In this document: positions 51,011 to 61,230 of the stretch, piece after piece
How positions within the stretch are numbered: the stretch's first letter is position 1
Layout: each line of letters begins with the position of its first letter
Assembly (NCBI GenBank): GCA_963842085.1
Contig: CAWJET010000001.1
Location: 2,144,001 to 2,208,000, forward strand
Length of the DNA: 64,000 bases
Direction: 5' to 3'
From: an uncultured delta proteobacterium
GTDB lineage: Bacteria; Desulfobacterota; Binatia; Binatales; Binataceae
Notes under the pieces: generated by a model
What the model saw: the letters and a program-made list of their open reading frames with translations, nothing else
What the model was told of the DNA's origin: nothing
Database searches by the model: none
Program-made: the position numbers and the translations under genes

Positions 51011-51240
51011 ATGGCGCGAGCGGTCTCCAGAGTGTTGCGGACCAGCAGGTCCTTTCTCTGACCACGATCGGGCGTACGACGGGTTTGCCGCGCGAGATCG
51101 AGATTTGGTTCGTAGTCTGCCACGAGCGTTTCTACTTGTTCGCCGAACCGGGTGAAGCCGCGGGATGGGTCAAGAACATCAGGCCCAATCCCAAAGTAAC
51201 GGTCCGGATCGGGGAACGGAACGACGACGGCGTACACTAG
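51011..51240 (+). pseudogene. Truncated deazaflavin-dependent nitroreductase
   Basis: LTTIGRTTGLPREIEIWF...WVKNIRPNPKVTVRIG, out of frame with the ATG and truncated. Confidence 0.7.
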
Positions 51241-51329
51241 TTCACCGAGCCCGATGGGCCGCGGAGAGCTGCGGCGAAGATGATCGATTGCCATGGAGCC
51301 TGTAGAAGTGCTGACAGAGCCAACGAACG

Positions 51330-51537
51330 AGGTCTGGCTCTACCGAGCTTGGCCGCACTGCCTGAAGGTGATGGTGCTGGTCAAACCGGCAACCGTGGTC
51401 CACTGGCACCGGCAAGGATTCCGCAGATACTCCATCTGTCGCTCAACAAAGACTGCCCGGATGCTCGCCCCATCCAACCGCCGAACCGCGGCAAGGTGAT
51501 CGCGATTGCGCAAGTCGGCGGGCTTCACCATCGCTAG
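51330..51537 (+). mobile_element. Internally deleted integrase-core (rve) transposase relic
   Basis: LVKPATVVHWHRQGFR joined to HLSLNKDCP...VGGLHHR. Confidence 0.7.
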
Positions 51538-51810
51538 GGAAGCTTCTCGCCGCCTGATCCTCTTTTGAAGGCAGCGCAATCTCGAATAGTCGCCTCTGTG
51601 TGGCGGGCTATGCCATCGCGTGCCGAATCCCGATGGCGAACGCCTACGGTACTCGCCGGAGCCCACGAATCTCACACGAGGTGGAGTTTTGCGCAGCCAC
51701 AAGAGAAATCCCCTCGGAGATGTTATCCAGCGCCTCCCCGGGGCGGCGGATCAAGTCCCGCCGGACTCTACTTATGATCTGATGGGCGTCGAGGAGCAGA
51801 CCAGCATTGG

Positions 51811-52416
51811 CTACTTTGGGGCCTGCTCTAGTGTCCAGACGACATGCCCCGCAGTGGCAATGTCGATATCGACGTGCTTAGCGACGGTGAAGAAGAGAAC
51901 GCTGGGATCTTCCAAACCCCATTCGACGTAAGGCACTGAGAAATGTGATTTCGCCACCAGGCTGTCTCCTTCGAGCCGCCCCTGAACCTCCATAACGATT
52001 TGGTGTCCCGCCCCGTGAAGCGTCAGGACTCCTTGCAGCCTTGCTTGAAACTGACCGTCTTTCTCCAACTGACCGGTAATGCGCTCGGGCGTGAGAGTGA
52101 TTTCGGGATACTTTTGAACTTCGAGAACGCTGTCCTTCATCCGGCGATCACGCGCGCCGATGCCGCTGTCACCGCTCCTCGCATCGACGATGATCGAGCC
52201 GCTGGCTGCTCCGGTACGTGGATCGGCTTTGATCATTCCATGCTCAAGCTTGAATGTCCCGTGTGTAGTATGGAGCGCGCCCGGCAAGCGAAACTCAATC
52301 AGTGTTTTTGACGGGTCTAGTTCCAGCGTTCCGGACCGCAATTCCGCTGCTGCAGCCTGATACGCAAAGGCGGCCGTGGCGAGCACGAATGCGAAAGCGC
52401 GAATGCTAGATGACAT
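51811..52416 (-). CDS. YceI-family lipid/quinone-binding protein
   Basis: Signal peptide; HTTHGTF, SGIGARDRRM, YPEI, GVLTLHG. Confidence 0.88.
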   Translation of the reverse strand: MSSSIRAFAFVLATAAFAYQAAAAELRSGTLELDPSKTLIEFRLPGALHTTHGTFKLEHGMIKADPRTGAASGSIIVDARSGDSGIGARDRRMKDSVLEVQKYPEITLTPERITGQLEKDGQFQARLQGVLTLHGAGHQIVMEVQGRLEGDSLVAKSHFSVPYVEWGLEDPSVLFFTVAKHVDIDIATAGHVVWTLEQAPK

Positions 52417-53779
52417 TTATGACGCGGCGCGCCATGCCCAGAGCTTCGGTCCAGAAGCCGGTTGAGGCATGCATCAACTCGACGGTCGATTCCATCGCGT
52501 CAACGAACTGGTCCAACTGCAATTCGCTTATCACCAGCGCAGGCGCGACCTTCAGTACCATAAAGTTGTTCCCGCAGATTTGACTGTAAATCGCCTTGTC
52601 GCGGAAAAGCCGCATCACCAGCACCTGTCCGAACATCGCAGGATGAATTCTCGAGAATGCTTCGAACAGAATTCTGAGGCGAATTTTTTTTGGCGGACGG
52701 AACTCGATGCCGGACATCATTCCGAGTCCCCGGATCTCCTTGATCATGTCGTAGTGCGAGAGGCGCGACGTCAACTTCTCGCGCAGTTGTCGTCCTAGTC
52801 GCTCGCCGCGTTCGCCCAGGTTGCCATCCGCGAGCACGTCCATCGTGGCAAGTCCGGCACGCATCGATAGGCTGTTCTCGCTATAGGTCGATGTGTGAAT
52901 GATCGAGCGCTTGAACGAAGTGTAGACGGAATTATAGACCGCATCAGACATCAGCACGGCCCCTGAAGGAACGAGTCCGCCGCTGATTGCCTTGGCCAGG
53001 ATCACCATGTCCGGTTCGACCCCGAAGTGATGCGCCGCGAGAAACGGCCCGGTGCGATACATGCCGGTTTGTACTTCATCGAGGACGAACAGCGTGCCGT
53101 AGCGCCGACATAGCGACTGTGCTTGTTCCAGATAGTTTGGTGGTGGAATCAACACTCCAGCTTCAGCCTGAATCGGTTCTACGACATACGCCGCGAACTT
53201 TCTCGACGACAGCGGCTTCTCGAGCCGCACCAGATCGCCAAATGGAACCGCTTTAGTCTCGGGAAGCAGCGGGCCGAATTCCGCCGTCCAGAAAGGATTG
53301 TCCATCAGCGACAGCGCACCGCAGGTAAGTCCGTGAAAGCCACCGCCGGCATACAAGATGCCGGCGCGACTGGTGTGCGCGCGAGCAAACTTGATAGCGG
53401 CTTCGACGCCTTCGCTTCCGGAACAGCAAAAAAACGCTTTCGACAGTCTTCCGCCACCCTGTGTGCATAGCCGCTCAGCCAGCTCACCGGCCAACTCCGG
53501 CACGTGACCTTGCAGCATCGCCGGTCCGTTGCGATCGAGTTCCGCCTTGATCGCGCGCACTACCCCAGGATGATTGTGGCCTACGTTATGAACGCAGTAG
53601 CCGGAGTTGAAATCGAGAATGCGCCGTCCATCTTCAGTGAAAAGTTCAGAGCCGAGGCAGCTCGTGTAATGCACATTCATCCCGAGTACATCGAGTAGCC
53701 GCACCCACTGCGGATTGACGTATTTCTCATACAGCGGCTGCTGTGCGGATGAGTCTTTTGCCTCTGACATCAGGTTCAT
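52406..53779 (-). CDS. Class III PLP aminotransferase (HpnO-like)
   Basis: GHNHP, SGSEGVEAAIK, FHGLT, EPIQAEAG, DEVQTG, AKAISGG. Confidence 0.88.
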   Translation of the reverse strand: MNLMSEAKDSSAQQPLYEKYVNPQWVRLLDVLGMNVHYTSCLGSELFTEDGRRILDFNSGYCVHNVGHNHPGVVRAIKAELDRNGPAMLQGHVPELAGELAERLCTQGGGRLSKAFFCCSGSEGVEAAIKFARAHTSRAGILYAGGGFHGLTCGALSLMDNPFWTAEFGPLLPETKAVPFGDLVRLEKPLSSRKFAAYVVEPIQAEAGVLIPPPNYLEQAQSLCRRYGTLFVLDEVQTGMYRTGPFLAAHHFGVEPDMVILAKAISGGLVPSGAVLMSDAVYNSVYTSFKRSIIHTSTYSENSLSMRAGLATMDVLADGNLGERGERLGRQLREKLTSRLSHYDMIKEIRGLGMMSGIEFRPPKKIRLRILFEAFSRIHPAMFGQVLVMRLFRDKAIYSQICGNNFMVLKVAPALVISELQLDQFVDAMESTVELMHASTGFWTEALGMARRVINVI

Positions 53780-53817
53780 TGTCTTCTCACCTGGAACCTT
53801 TTATTTCGTGTCGCGAG

Positions 53818-54270
53818 TCAATGCGCAGGCGCTGCCGGCGCCGAAGCCCACTGCAGGAGCGCCTGCTTCTGGTCGTCGGTTAAGCGCGCCGAATGATCGA
53901 GCGCCGTGTAATCTCCCGGAGGCATCGAGCCGGCGCTGACCGACTGTTCGATCTTCTTCAGCGCGTCCGTTTTTTTCTGCGCATCGTAAGCTTGCCAATC
54001 GGAAAAATTCAGCACCCCTCGCGCGGAGTTAGAGGCTAGATAGGTCGGCGAGACAGCCGCATACCATGGGGCGCTTCCGCCGGTCGAGTGGCACTGGTAA
54101 CACGAGCTTTCAAGGATCGCGTTCACTTGCGGGTCGGTACTAACTTCTTTCGTGGAACTCGGAGCTGTGGTCCCGGGCGTGGACGTCTGCTGAGAGCTTG
54201 AACAGCCCGCGATCAAGAGACCTAGACCTAGAAACCATGCCGTCGGAAGTAGAATTTTCAACATTAACAC
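53818..54270 (-). CDS. Monoheme c-type (Haem_bd-like) lipoprotein
   Basis: IAGC lipobox; SCYQCHS, PWYA, LNFSDW, MPP. Confidence 0.85.
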   Translation of the reverse strand: MLMLKILLPTAWFLGLGLLIAGCSSSQQTSTPGTTAPSSTKEVSTDPQVNAILESSCYQCHSTGGSAPWYAAVSPTYLASNSARGVLNFSDWQAYDAQKKTDALKKIEQSVSAGSMPPGDYTALDHSARLTDDQKQALLQWASAPAAPAH

Positions 54271-54275
54271 GCCTT

Positions 54276-55442
54276 CTAGTCATCGAGACTCACGAAACGG
54301 ATAAGTCCTGCGCCGAGGAAGATGATCCCAATACCCATCGTTGCCGCCAATGGCCGCAAGCTCGCGGACGGCGGCTGGTTGCGAATCATCAGATCGTTGA
54401 AAGCCTGCATGGTCCAGGTCGTCGGCATCCATCGAGCGAGGTCGCGCATCCATCCGGGCTCGAAGTCCAACGGCCACCAGCATCCGCCGATGGCCGCCAT
54501 CGCCATGCTGATGGTTACGCCCAGTGGCATGACCGAATCATGAGCGCTCGCGATAGACGCGACCACGAGTCCCAACGCCGCGGCCGCGAACGAAATCCCT
54601 ATCGTCGGTATGATCAACGCGACGGGGTTGCGTCCCAGCGTGATTCCGAACAACGCCCATCCGACGGCGAACAGCAACACCATTTGCACGATCCCCACTA
54701 TGAAACGCGCGAATAACTTCCCTAACAGCAAACCTGTAAGCGGCGCGCCACTGACCTGAAGGCGCTTTAAGGTCCCCCAATCGCGCTCGTCGAAGAGCGT
54801 CAGTGCGATTCCGAGCATCATGCCAATCAGCAGAAACGTAACGCCGAATCCCGGGACGTATTGGTCGAACGCATTTACAGTTACGGCCTCGCCCTCGATC
54901 GCGGGATACTCGACAAATCCGAGATCGCCCGGGAGCGTGAGCGGTTGCGGCGCTCCGAAAGACTCGATCTGCGTTTGCGCCGACATCCGTGCTTGTTCGG
55001 TAACTCTTCGGCACAGCTCGTCGAGACGAAGCTCGAGCGCGTTGACCTCTACGCGCCTGACGGGATCCACGAAAAGAACAATCCGAGGCTCGCTGCCCGC
55101 GGTGACCGCCGTACTGGTTCCCGCCGGAATCACCATCGCAATGGGTGTCCGATCGCGTCGATTTACGAGGCGTCGCGCTTCGTCGGGGTCATCAAGCATT
55201 TCCAAATTGACGGCGCGCTCGTTGCGCAAAGCCTCAATTATTCCATCGGCGACTTTTCCGTGATCCAGGTTAACCACGGGCAGCCGAAACGAATTCGCGG
55301 CGCCGCCGTACAGACTGCCGAGCGAGTATCCCGCGACGGTGATGATCACAACCGGCGCGAACAGCAGCATGAACAGCACGATCGGGTCCTTGACCAGGAG
55401 CCGCGCCTCGTTCTGCGTGGTGAACCAGATTGCTCGAAACAT
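54276..55442 (-). CDS. ABC-2 exporter permease
   Basis: VPGF, ERDWGTLKRL, GGCWWP, PTTW. Confidence 0.88.
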   Translation of the reverse strand: MFRAIWFTTQNEARLLVKDPIVLFMLLFAPVVIITVAGYSLGSLYGGAANSFRLPVVNLDHGKVADGIIEALRNERAVNLEMLDDPDEARRLVNRRDRTPIAMVIPAGTSTAVTAGSEPRIVLFVDPVRRVEVNALELRLDELCRRVTEQARMSAQTQIESFGAPQPLTLPGDLGFVEYPAIEGEAVTVNAFDQYVPGFGVTFLLIGMMLGIALTLFDERDWGTLKRLQVSGAPLTGLLLGKLFARFIVGIVQMVLLFAVGWALFGITLGRNPVALIIPTIGISFAAAALGLVVASIASAHDSVMPLGVTISMAMAAIGGCWWPLDFEPGWMRDLARWMPTTWTMQAFNDLMIRNQPPSASLRPLAATMGIGIIFLGAGLIRFVSLDD

Positions 55443-55452
55443 CGCGATGCGC

Positions 55453-56409
55453 TCAGAGCACTTGATCGCGCAGCGTGTGGCCCGTCAGCGCGATGAACGC
55501 GTCCGACAGATTGGGGCTGTGCAGGTTGAAATCGACGACATTTACATCCAGGGTCTGAAGCCCATGGAGCACCTCGGCGACCTGCGCGAAACTGTTCATC
55601 TCGAGGATCGCTTTGCCATCACTGACGGTGGATCCTATTTCACGCACCCCGGCAAGACTGCCGAAGCGCCCGTCCGGCAACTGCCCCCGATAGGTCAGCT
55701 CAATGCGGGGGCGGCTGCCTCCGAGCGATATCACCTTCTCGAGGTCGCCTTCGGCGATTAGTTTGCCGCGATCGATCAGCAGCACGCGATCGCAAATGCG
55801 TTCCGCCTCCTCCATATAATGGGTGCTGTAAATCACCGCCGCGCCCGCATCGGCATAGCGCCGAATCCGCGCCAGCAACTGTTCGCGCGATTGGAGATCG
55901 ACACCGACCGTAGGTTCGTCCAACAGCAGCACAGGAGGACGATGAACAATTCCACAGGCGAGGTTGAGAAGGCGCTGCGTTCCGCCGGAGAACGCATGCA
56001 TAGGATCGTCAGCGCGATCGCTGAGGCCGACCTCCTCGAGCGCGCGCCTGCAGTATTCCACGGCTTGGTCGCGCGAGAGCCCCTGCATACGGGCGAAATG
56101 CCATACGTTTTGCGCGGCGCTTAGCGTCGGGTAGAGCGCGAGCGATTGCGGCACCAGCCCGAGCATGCGTCCCAGCCCGCGCGGGTCGGATTTTGGCGGC
56201 TGGCCATTGATGAGAACACGACCGCTATCGGGTCTAAGTAGAGTCGCAAGAATCGACAGCGTTGTGGTCTTGCCCGCGCCGTTGGGTCCCAGCAAGCCCG
56301 CGATTTCACCGGGCCTCACTGCAATGCTGACGCCGTCGAGCGCGCGGCGCGCGCCGTAGGTCTTTGAAATCTCGATCGCTTCGAGGATTGGCGCCCCAGC
56401 TGGATTCAT
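55453..56409 (-). CDS. ABC exporter ATP-binding protein
   Basis: GPNGAGKTT, FSGG, LLLDEPTVGVD, STHYMEEAE. Confidence 0.92.
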   Translation of the reverse strand: MNPAGAPILEAIEISKTYGARRALDGVSIAVRPGEIAGLLGPNGAGKTTTLSILATLLRPDSGRVLINGQPPKSDPRGLGRMLGLVPQSLALYPTLSAAQNVWHFARMQGLSRDQAVEYCRRALEEVGLSDRADDPMHAFSGGTQRLLNLACGIVHRPPVLLLDEPTVGVDLQSREQLLARIRRYADAGAAVIYSTHYMEEAERICDRVLLIDRGKLIAEGDLEKVISLGGSRPRIELTYRGQLPDGRFGSLAGVREIGSTVSDGKAILEMNSFAQVAEVLHGLQTLDVNVVDFNLHSPNLSDAFIALTGHTLRDQVL

Positions 56410-56416
56410 TTTGGTA

Positions 56417-57568
56417 TTACGCAGCGGATACCATCATCCGCATGGCGCCGCTCATCAGCGCGCTGAATGCCCCGGGGTATCGCATCAGTGAGTTGATTAT
56501 TGTTCGCCGGGCGCGAGGATGACGCGCGACCATCAGCAGGCCGCTGGTGACGAACCAGTAACCGCGATAGACGCGGCGCGCCTCGCGTTCGTAGGCTTGC
56601 ATACTCTCCCGCGAGGCCCCGCGCTTCAGAATCTCAGGCAGATGTTTGCCGAGTATCAACGCCGAGTTGAACGCGATCGACAGCCCGTCGCCGGAAATCG
56701 AATCGACGAATCCCGCCGCGTCGCCGACCAGCACCACGCGATGGCCGTTGCGACGCTTCGCGGCGCGCGCCATCGGCCCGGCGCCCCGCACCGTTGAAAT
56801 CGTCGGCGCGTTCCCGAGCCGCGCCAATAGAGCCGGGAAGCGGCTCGAGAGGACTGGTATCTTCGGCTGCTCGATCTCTCCGTCTTCCCAGACAAAATTG
56901 ATTCCGACGCTTTCGTCGGAAACCGGAGTCACCACCGCTTCGCCCTTGTCGTCGACATAGACCTCGACGAAGTCGGTCCACGGGCGAATTCTGTAATGCT
57001 GACGAAGCGCGAACCGGCGCCGCGAGCTCGGAGCCGCCTCGAGACCGGACGCCTTTCGGAGCGACGAGTGGAGCCCGTCGGCCGCGACGATTAACCGGCC
57101 GAATACTTCCCCTTCGGTCGTGTACACCACCGCCTCGGTCGGGTTCGCCTTGAAGCCAATGACTGAACATCGATTACGCAACACCGCGCCGAGTTCCTCT
57201 GCGCGCCGAGCCAGCGCCTCGACCAGCACGGTGCGTCTGATGCCAATCCCCTGCGACGGCATCAACGCTGACGCAGCAGAACCGTCTTCCTGGACGAAGC
57301 GAATTCCGGCGAACGGATAGGAGGTCGAGCGATCGAAACGGTCAGCGATTCCAAGGCGCTCGAGAGCTTTCACACCCGGCGGCAGCACGCCTTCGCCGCA
57401 TGCCTTATCCGGCGGAAATTCGTGGCGCTCGACGACTACCACGGAGAGACCCTGCTCCGCCGCGACTATCGCGACAGCGAGTCCCGCCGGTCCGCCGCCG
57501 ACCACGACGAGATCCCATATCTCGCGCGCGGGAGCCGATGCGTAGCCGGTGGCGAGAGTGCTAGCCAC
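56417..57568 (-). CDS. FAD-dependent monooxygenase/oxidoreductase
   Basis: VGGGPAG, DKACGEG, AADGLHS, LVGDAAGFVD. Confidence 0.88.
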   Translation of the reverse strand: MASTLATGYASAPAREIWDLVVVGGGPAGLAVAIVAAEQGLSVVVVERHEFPPDKACGEGVLPPGVKALERLGIADRFDRSTSYPFAGIRFVQEDGSAASALMPSQGIGIRRTVLVEALARRAEELGAVLRNRCSVIGFKANPTEAVVYTTEGEVFGRLIVAADGLHSSLRKASGLEAAPSSRRRFALRQHYRIRPWTDFVEVYVDDKGEAVVTPVSDESVGINFVWEDGEIEQPKIPVLSSRFPALLARLGNAPTISTVRGAGPMARAAKRRNGHRVVLVGDAAGFVDSISGDGLSIAFNSALILGKHLPEILKRGASRESMQAYEREARRVYRGYWFVTSGLLMVARHPRARRTIINSLMRYPGAFSALMSGAMRMMVSAA

Positions 57569-57574
57569 TCAGCG

Positions 57575-58672
57575 TCACCATTGCAGCAGCACCAACTCGC
57601 CGCAGAAGCCCGGTCCCATCGACAGCAGCATTCCGTAATCACCCGGACGAGCGACGTTCGACTCCAGAAAGTCGGCGGCCACGAACAGCACCGACGCCGA
57701 GGACAGATTTCCGATCGATGCAAGCGATTTCCACGATCGTTCGAGGCTGCACCGTGGTATTTCGAGCGCCTCCTGCATCGCTTGCAGCACTTTCGGACCG
57801 CCCGTGTGAGCGATCCAGTGCTTGATATCGCGTCGCGATAGGCCGCGCTCGTCGAGAAACGAATCCGCGCCCTGCCGCAGTTTATTTCGCACGAGGTCCG
57901 GCACGCCTGCTGAGAGCACGATCTCGAAACCGGTCTCGCCGACGTGCCAGCCCATCATCCGCTCGGTGTCGTGAAAGAACATCGATTTTGACGCGACGAC
58001 CTTGGGCCGGCGAGGTCCGCCGTCTATCGCGCCGCCGCTTACAACAACCGCCGCAGCCCCATCTGCAAACAATCCAGACGCGATGATGTTCGCAATCGAC
58101 TGATCCTTCAGCTGCAGCGTCAGCGAACAGAGTTCGACTGAAACAAGCAGCGCCGTATGGCTCGGGAAACCACGCAGGTAGTCCGCAGCTCGCGCCAGTC
58201 CGGCAGCCCCGCCGACGCAACCGAGACCGAAGATGGGAGTTCGCTTTATGTCGCCGCGCATCGACAGTCGATTCACGAGTTTGGCGTCGATGCTCGGCGA
58301 TGCGATGCCCGTTACGGTAGTGAAAAAAATGTGGTCAACGTCTGCCGGCGACAGGCCTGCGCGCGCGAGCGCCGATAACGCCGCCTCTTCGCCGAGCTCG
58401 GCCGCGCGCTCCACCCACTTGTCGTTCATCTTCGAGAACGAATCGAGTGCGCGGTAGTCCTCGATCGGCAGCGCAAGGTGGCGCCCGCGCACACCGACCG
58501 ATCGATGCAGGCGTTCGAACCGGTTGCGGTCTTCTATTTTACCGCTCCACTCGTTCCAAAGGGCGGTCGAGAGAATTTCCTGAGGGTAATAGTTGGCTGG
58601 AAGCGCGAGACCGATCGATCGCAATACCGGGTGCCTCGTGCCCGGGAACTGATGCGTCACGGTGTTTTCCAT
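57575..58672 (-). CDS. Type III polyketide synthase
   Basis: Cys-His-Asn triad motifs GLGCVGG, AHTGG, GNLSSAS; VELCSL; MGPGF. Confidence 0.93.
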   Translation of the reverse strand: MENTVTHQFPGTRHPVLRSIGLALPANYYPQEILSTALWNEWSGKIEDRNRFERLHRSVGVRGRHLALPIEDYRALDSFSKMNDKWVERAAELGEEAALSALARAGLSPADVDHIFFTTVTGIASPSIDAKLVNRLSMRGDIKRTPIFGLGCVGGAAGLARAADYLRGFPSHTALLVSVELCSLTLQLKDQSIANIIASGLFADGAAAVVVSGGAIDGGPRRPKVVASKSMFFHDTERMMGWHVGETGFEIVLSAGVPDLVRNKLRQGADSFLDERGLSRRDIKHWIAHTGGPKVLQAMQEALEIPRCSLERSWKSLASIGNLSSASVLFVAADFLESNVARPGDYGMLLSMGPGFCGELVLLQW

Positions 58673-59472
58673 CTCAATCGGGATTTGCGATGACGCGCTT
58701 TTTCAGCACTCCCTTTCATCTCTTCGCGGCTGATTGCCAGCGTGGTCAACAGCGGCCAGACCACGCGCGTGAGAAATACCCGGGGGCTTATTCCGGCCCC
58801 CGAACTCACCAGCCTCTGCCTATAATTCGGAATCAGACCGTCGCCGGGCATCTTGAAGTTGCAAAGGACGTAGGTCAGGTCAGCCAGGGTTTCTTCGCGG
58901 TTTTGGATTAGTTCCAACTGGAGCATGTCGCGATAGAAGCCCGCATGCGCAGCCTCGTCGCGGCCAACGTAAAGGAAGATCGCCTCCAGCACCTCGTCGC
59001 CAGCCTCGCGAGCTTTATTTCTCTGCAGGTTGTAGGCGGTAAAGGTCGCGCTCTCTTGAAGCGCGCCGTAGCAGGCCATTTGGCGAACCGTCCGAAAAGG
59101 CAATTCCCAGTGCTTTAGAAACGTCCCTGTCTCCAAAACCTCGAACTGTGCCGGCGACCGAAGACCGGAGCGGGTCAAGTATTCGCGAAAGACCAATCCA
59201 TGCCGTGATTCCTCAAAAGCCCAACAAGTTTGAAACCACGCCATCCCGAACATCGAGCGCGACAAATCGAGTCCTTGGGCACTGTAGTCCGGTACGTAGA
59301 GTTCTTCAGTGCAGAAGATCTCCACGCGGTCACCGACTTCGTCGGTTGCTTTGCTGGCGTCCAGTTTCTCCCAGGGTACGTCGTTGAAAATATTCCAGCG
59401 CCGTTTGTTCTCAGCCGTTTCGAGGAATTCGAGATAAATCCGATATGCCTGCTCGCGCATCGTTGAGGGCAT
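58657..59472 (-). CDS. Acyl-ACP desaturase-like diiron (ferritin-like) protein
   Basis: WAFEESRHG and DEAAHAGFY ExxH pairs, QE, FKMPG. Confidence 0.82.
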   Translation of the reverse strand: MPSTMREQAYRIYLEFLETAENKRRWNIFNDVPWEKLDASKATDEVGDRVEIFCTEELYVPDYSAQGLDLSRSMFGMAWFQTCWAFEESRHGLVFREYLTRSGLRSPAQFEVLETGTFLKHWELPFRTVRQMACYGALQESATFTAYNLQRNKAREAGDEVLEAIFLYVGRDEAAHAGFYRDMLQLELIQNREETLADLTYVLCNFKMPGDGLIPNYRQRLVSSGAGISPRVFLTRVVWPLLTTLAISREEMKGSAEKARHRKSRLRWKTP

Positions 59473-59633
59473 TGTCTCACTCGTCTTTCGGTCGAACGCG
59501 GTCGGCTCAATGAACTCGCCGGCATTCTGAACCGGAGGTCCCGACGGACCTTCAAGGCACGATTCACGTCGTCCGCGCTTGGAAGCGATGTTATCTGTAT
59601 GAAGCAAGGCGACAGCGACAGGTGCTCGTAGTT

Positions 59634-59649
59634 AGCAAACAGCCTGCCA
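59634..59649 (-). promoter_or_regulatory. Sigma54 promoter of the PKS operon
   Basis: TGGCAGGCTGTTTGCT, near-consensus -24/-12. Confidence 0.75.
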
Positions 59650-59721
59650 TTGCTTTACGCTAGTATCGTTGGGGCAATCGCGCGGCTTCTCATCTCGGCA
59701 CCTCGACAACGACCTCGATTA

Positions 59722-59769
59722 GTTCAAAACTTTGAACATGGGAAAAATCGAACGTACAAACTTTTGAAC
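59722..59769. promoter_or_regulatory. Candidate enhancer (UAS): paired 16-bp palindromes
   Basis: GTTCAAAACTTTGAAC (59722) and GTACAAACTTTTGAAC (59754), 32 bp apart. Confidence 0.65.
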
Positions 59770-59831
59770 GAGGAGAGTCGAGACCAGCTTCAGAACTTCA
59801 GCGATTGTTAACGAATTTTAATGTTCGATGG

Positions 59832-59847
59832 CGGCATCGCGTTTGCT
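59832..59847 (+). promoter_or_regulatory. Sigma54 promoter of the two-component operon
   Basis: CGGCATCGCGTTTGCT. Confidence 0.65.
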
Positions 59848-59885
59848 CGTTAGACCACGCGGCGATTCGAAAACCCTGAACAAAG

Positions 59886-61220
59886 ATGACCGAGAACAAG
59901 CCGAGCAAGAATCTGTGGGCGCTGAACTCCCTGGCAAGCACGATCGGTGCAGGCGACTTCGCCGCAGAAGATCACGACTCATTTCGCCGTCAGGAATTCG
60001 TCTTTGCTGCTCTCAACCTCCTGCTTATCGGCGCGCTGCTCGCGCTGCAGGTAGTCTCGAGGTTCGTCCGCGGCCGGCCTGCCGCGTCCGTAATCATCGT
60101 GCTGGCCGCCGGTTTTATGATCCAGGCAGTTTACCTGACCTGGCTTCGCACGAGGAACGCGACAATTTCTCAGGGCATACGCCGGTTGCTCACTTATTGG
60201 TCTCTCGGATTCAACTCGATACTCGCGCTGGTCCTCACCTCGTTGACCATCAGGGGAGACACTGCGTACTACGCCCTGATGCTTCTTCCCATACTCGAAG
60301 CGGCTTTCAGGCTCGGCCTTGGCGTTACGATCGCAGTGATCGCGCTTGCCGACTTCATCACCTTCATGGGCGCCTACGGCATGAAATTCGGCGAGTACAT
60401 CGAAGCGGGCGCGCTCGCAGTAATTTACAGCGTGATGGGACTGCTGGTGTGGCTGCTGGTCAACAATTTGCGCACGCGCGAGGCAAAGTTCGTGCGCAAT
60501 CTCGAGGAACTCGAGCGCACCCGTCAGCAATTGCTCTCTGAGGAGAAGCTTGCCGCTGTAGGCAGATTGTCCAGGGCAATCGCGCACGAGATCCGAAATC
60601 CTGTCGCGATGATTTCCAGCTCGTTGGCTACCGCTGCCCGGCCGGGCCACGACCAAACGGAACGTGAAGAAATGTTTTCGATCGCGGCGAAAGAAGCCGA
60701 ACGTCTCGAGCGGCTCACCACCGACTTCCTGGTCTATGCGCGTCCGCGCCCCGTGCAGATCGCGCGCGTTAACCTCGCCGATACGCTGAACTACGTCGCT
60801 ACGGTTGCCAGAGCGCATGCCGCCAATGAAGGCGTAACGATCGATGTCGCGGTCGACAGCAATCTTGAGGGGGAATTCGACGCAAACCAGATGTATCAGG
60901 CGCTGCTGAACCTGGTGCTCAATGCAATCGATGCCTGCGATCGCGGCGACCTGGTGAAACTCAACGCTCAGATGAACGGAAATGGCACGATCCGAATCGA
61001 CGTGGTCGATCCGGCCGGACCGATTCCCGCGGAAATGGTAGCGCGCATTTTTGAACCGCTGTTTACTACCAAGCAGGGCGGCAACGGTCTTGGTCTCGCG
61101 ATCGCGCGCAATATCGCACGTGCTCACGGCAGCGATATCCTGTTGAGAATCAACGAACCGCAGCGGGTATGCTTTTCCCTTGAGATACCAGCGCACTCCG
61201 GGAGCCAACCTCTCGGATAG
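59886..61220 (+). CDS. Membrane-embedded sensor histidine kinase
   Basis: About 5-6 TM helices with no periplasmic domain; AHEIRNP, NLVLNAIDA, FTTKQGGNGLGL. Confidence 0.92.
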   Translation: MTENKPSKNLWALNSLASTIGAGDFAAEDHDSFRRQEFVFAALNLLLIGALLALQVVSRFVRGRPAASVIIVLAAGFMIQAVYLTWLRTRNATISQGIRRLLTYWSLGFNSILALVLTSLTIRGDTAYYALMLLPILEAAFRLGLGVTIAVIALADFITFMGAYGMKFGEYIEAGALAVIYSVMGLLVWLLVNNLRTREAKFVRNLEELERTRQQLLSEEKLAAVGRLSRAIAHEIRNPVAMISSSLATAARPGHDQTEREEMFSIAAKEAERLERLTTDFLVYARPRPVQIARVNLADTLNYVATVARAHAANEGVTIDVAVDSNLEGEFDANQMYQALLNLVLNAIDACDRGDLVKLNAQMNGNGTIRIDVVDPAGPIPAEMVARIFEPLFTTKQGGNGLGLAIARNIARAHGSDILLRINEPQRVCFSLEIPAHSGSQPLG

Positions 61221-61230
61221 GGGACAGACT

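Noticed and set aside
52406-53779. Calling the aminotransferase hpnO of a hopanoid cluster
   Set aside because: No shc or other hpn genes in the window; its context is the type III PKS operon
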